From Girardia tigrina (Eukaryota), in NCBI GenBank assembly GCA_001938485.1, contig MQRK01195906.1, forward strand, positions 29,223 to 78,761: 49,539 nucleotides of DNA, given 5' to 3'. Of this stretch, positions 48,402 through 49,539 are shown piece after piece. Position 1 is the first letter of the stretch; every line of letters starts with the position of its first letter. The notes below the pieces were generated by a model. The model saw nothing but the letters and a program-made list of their open reading frames with translations. It had not been told where the DNA came from and ran no database searches. The translations under genes were made by a program, and so were the position numbers.

Positions 48402-49539
48402 TAGGACTGAAACGAATGGTGAATTTTAGGCTTCGAAGCTTCGCAGAAAACATTCGCTGAAGCTTCGAAGCTTCGCTAATATTCACACTTCAAAATAGTT
48501 AACAATCCTAAAAGTCAAAATTCAAACCATGGTAAAAAGTTTATTATAAAAAAGTATAAAATTTCACCATCCATTTTGAAGGTGTAATTGTTAATGGAAG
48601 ATTAATGTAAATTAATCTATACTAGACAACAAACCAGCATTCATTATTAAAAATATCAAACTTTCCACGGTATTACCAGAGGGAATTTCGCACCTGCGTG
48701 ATAATATTATCCGTAGTCGAGAATAGCAGGCAGCTCATATCCTGTCGGGGTTAGTGTTATTGTCATTCACACTAAAACATCATACACGCCGGATAAAGAT
48801 ACATGATGCTCTACGCAGAAGAGAGTTGTTGCCACTTTCAGTGGCTTGAGAACCTACAATAGTTCTCCCATCAACTCCCATTGATCAAGGGTGAGATCCA
48901 GAATGCTCTCAGCTCTATTTGGTGTAGTTTCTTGTTTCCTAGAACCATGCCAATACCAAACCGCTGTTTTAAAGTTCGCTAGCACATCAGGATAACACTA
49001 TTCCAACGGCTGATAAAAGTCTTGCTGCAAGTGATGCTGAGGTATGCTCGAATCCAATTGCTATTTTTTCAACGTGAATGTTAAACTGGAACTATGCTTG
49101 AAATGTCCCACTAATTTTCAGCATGAAGAAATGAGATTTTGGATTTCAAGAACGGCAAGACCTGCTTGAACAACAAGTTGTAGGGTATGAGTGGTACATG
49201 GGACACTCAGCCATGTTTCACAAGCCATTTCTTTTAGGAGTATCTCGTTCAATTTTGTGACATTTCTTGCCTTATCATTGATTACGGCGCAAATATTTTC
49301 TTGTTCGAGTCCATACTCTTCTGTTACAATGGAGAACATATGGTTAGTAAGGTTTCCTGCGGAATGCTTGTCGTCAGTGCTCTTGATTTGTAGAATACAG
49401 GATCTCATTTTCCTGTCAATGAAGTGGGTAATAATGGTAATAAACGCTTCTATGCTACAGCTTGTCCAGTAGTCTGTCGTTAGTGTTATGGACTCACAAG
49501 CTTTTAGTTAGTAGGGGAAAAATGGGCATTCGTTACCAC
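48402..49539 (-). mobile_element. hAT (Ac/ZBED-like) transposon, degenerate, running off the window end
   Basis: TAGGACTG terminus with GCTTCGAAGCTTCG subterminal repeats. Transposase motifs ITLTTDYWTS, ITHFID, HSAGNL, VINDKARN, PCTTHTLQLVV, LVGHFKHS and VLKPLKVAT. Confidence 0.88.

Noticed and set aside
1-49539. rRNA, tRNA or prokaryotic operon/defence system
   Set aside because: None recognisable; gene density and content are eukaryotic and repeat-dominated.

Overview
A very AT-rich eukaryotic scaffold segment with N gaps. The transposon repertoire suggests an invertebrate animal, but that is inference. Most of the window is a graveyard of nested transposable elements. DNA transposons: mauritiana-like and cecropia-like mariners, other degenerate mariners, a plant-type DD39D mariner and a Stowaway-like MITE, an intron-containing DD34E Tc1, pogo/Tigger, several hATs, piggyBac and Harbinger MITEs, a non-autonomous Helitron and a 1.6-kb foldback element. 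Retroelements: an RTE LINE tail, several Ty3/gypsy remnants, and five Penelope-like (RT + GIY-YIG) remnants, three of them near minimal hammerhead ribozyme motifs. No transposase or pol gene is intact. The best host-gene candidate is a two-exon minus-strand gene at 9129-9331 with TATA box, 41-nt intron and AATAAA. It encodes a signal-peptide prohormone predicted to release pQNYFYPRYGVGVHIGGLS-amide, and the ORF track misreads it because splicing creates the GKK amidation site. Other notable items are a gag-protease retroelement followed by an unknown coiled-coil ORF where pol is expected (13620-15910), and a 3.15-kb TG..CA insertion inside the 48-nt intron of the Tc1 transposase. All family assignments come from motif recognition by eye; no database searches were run.
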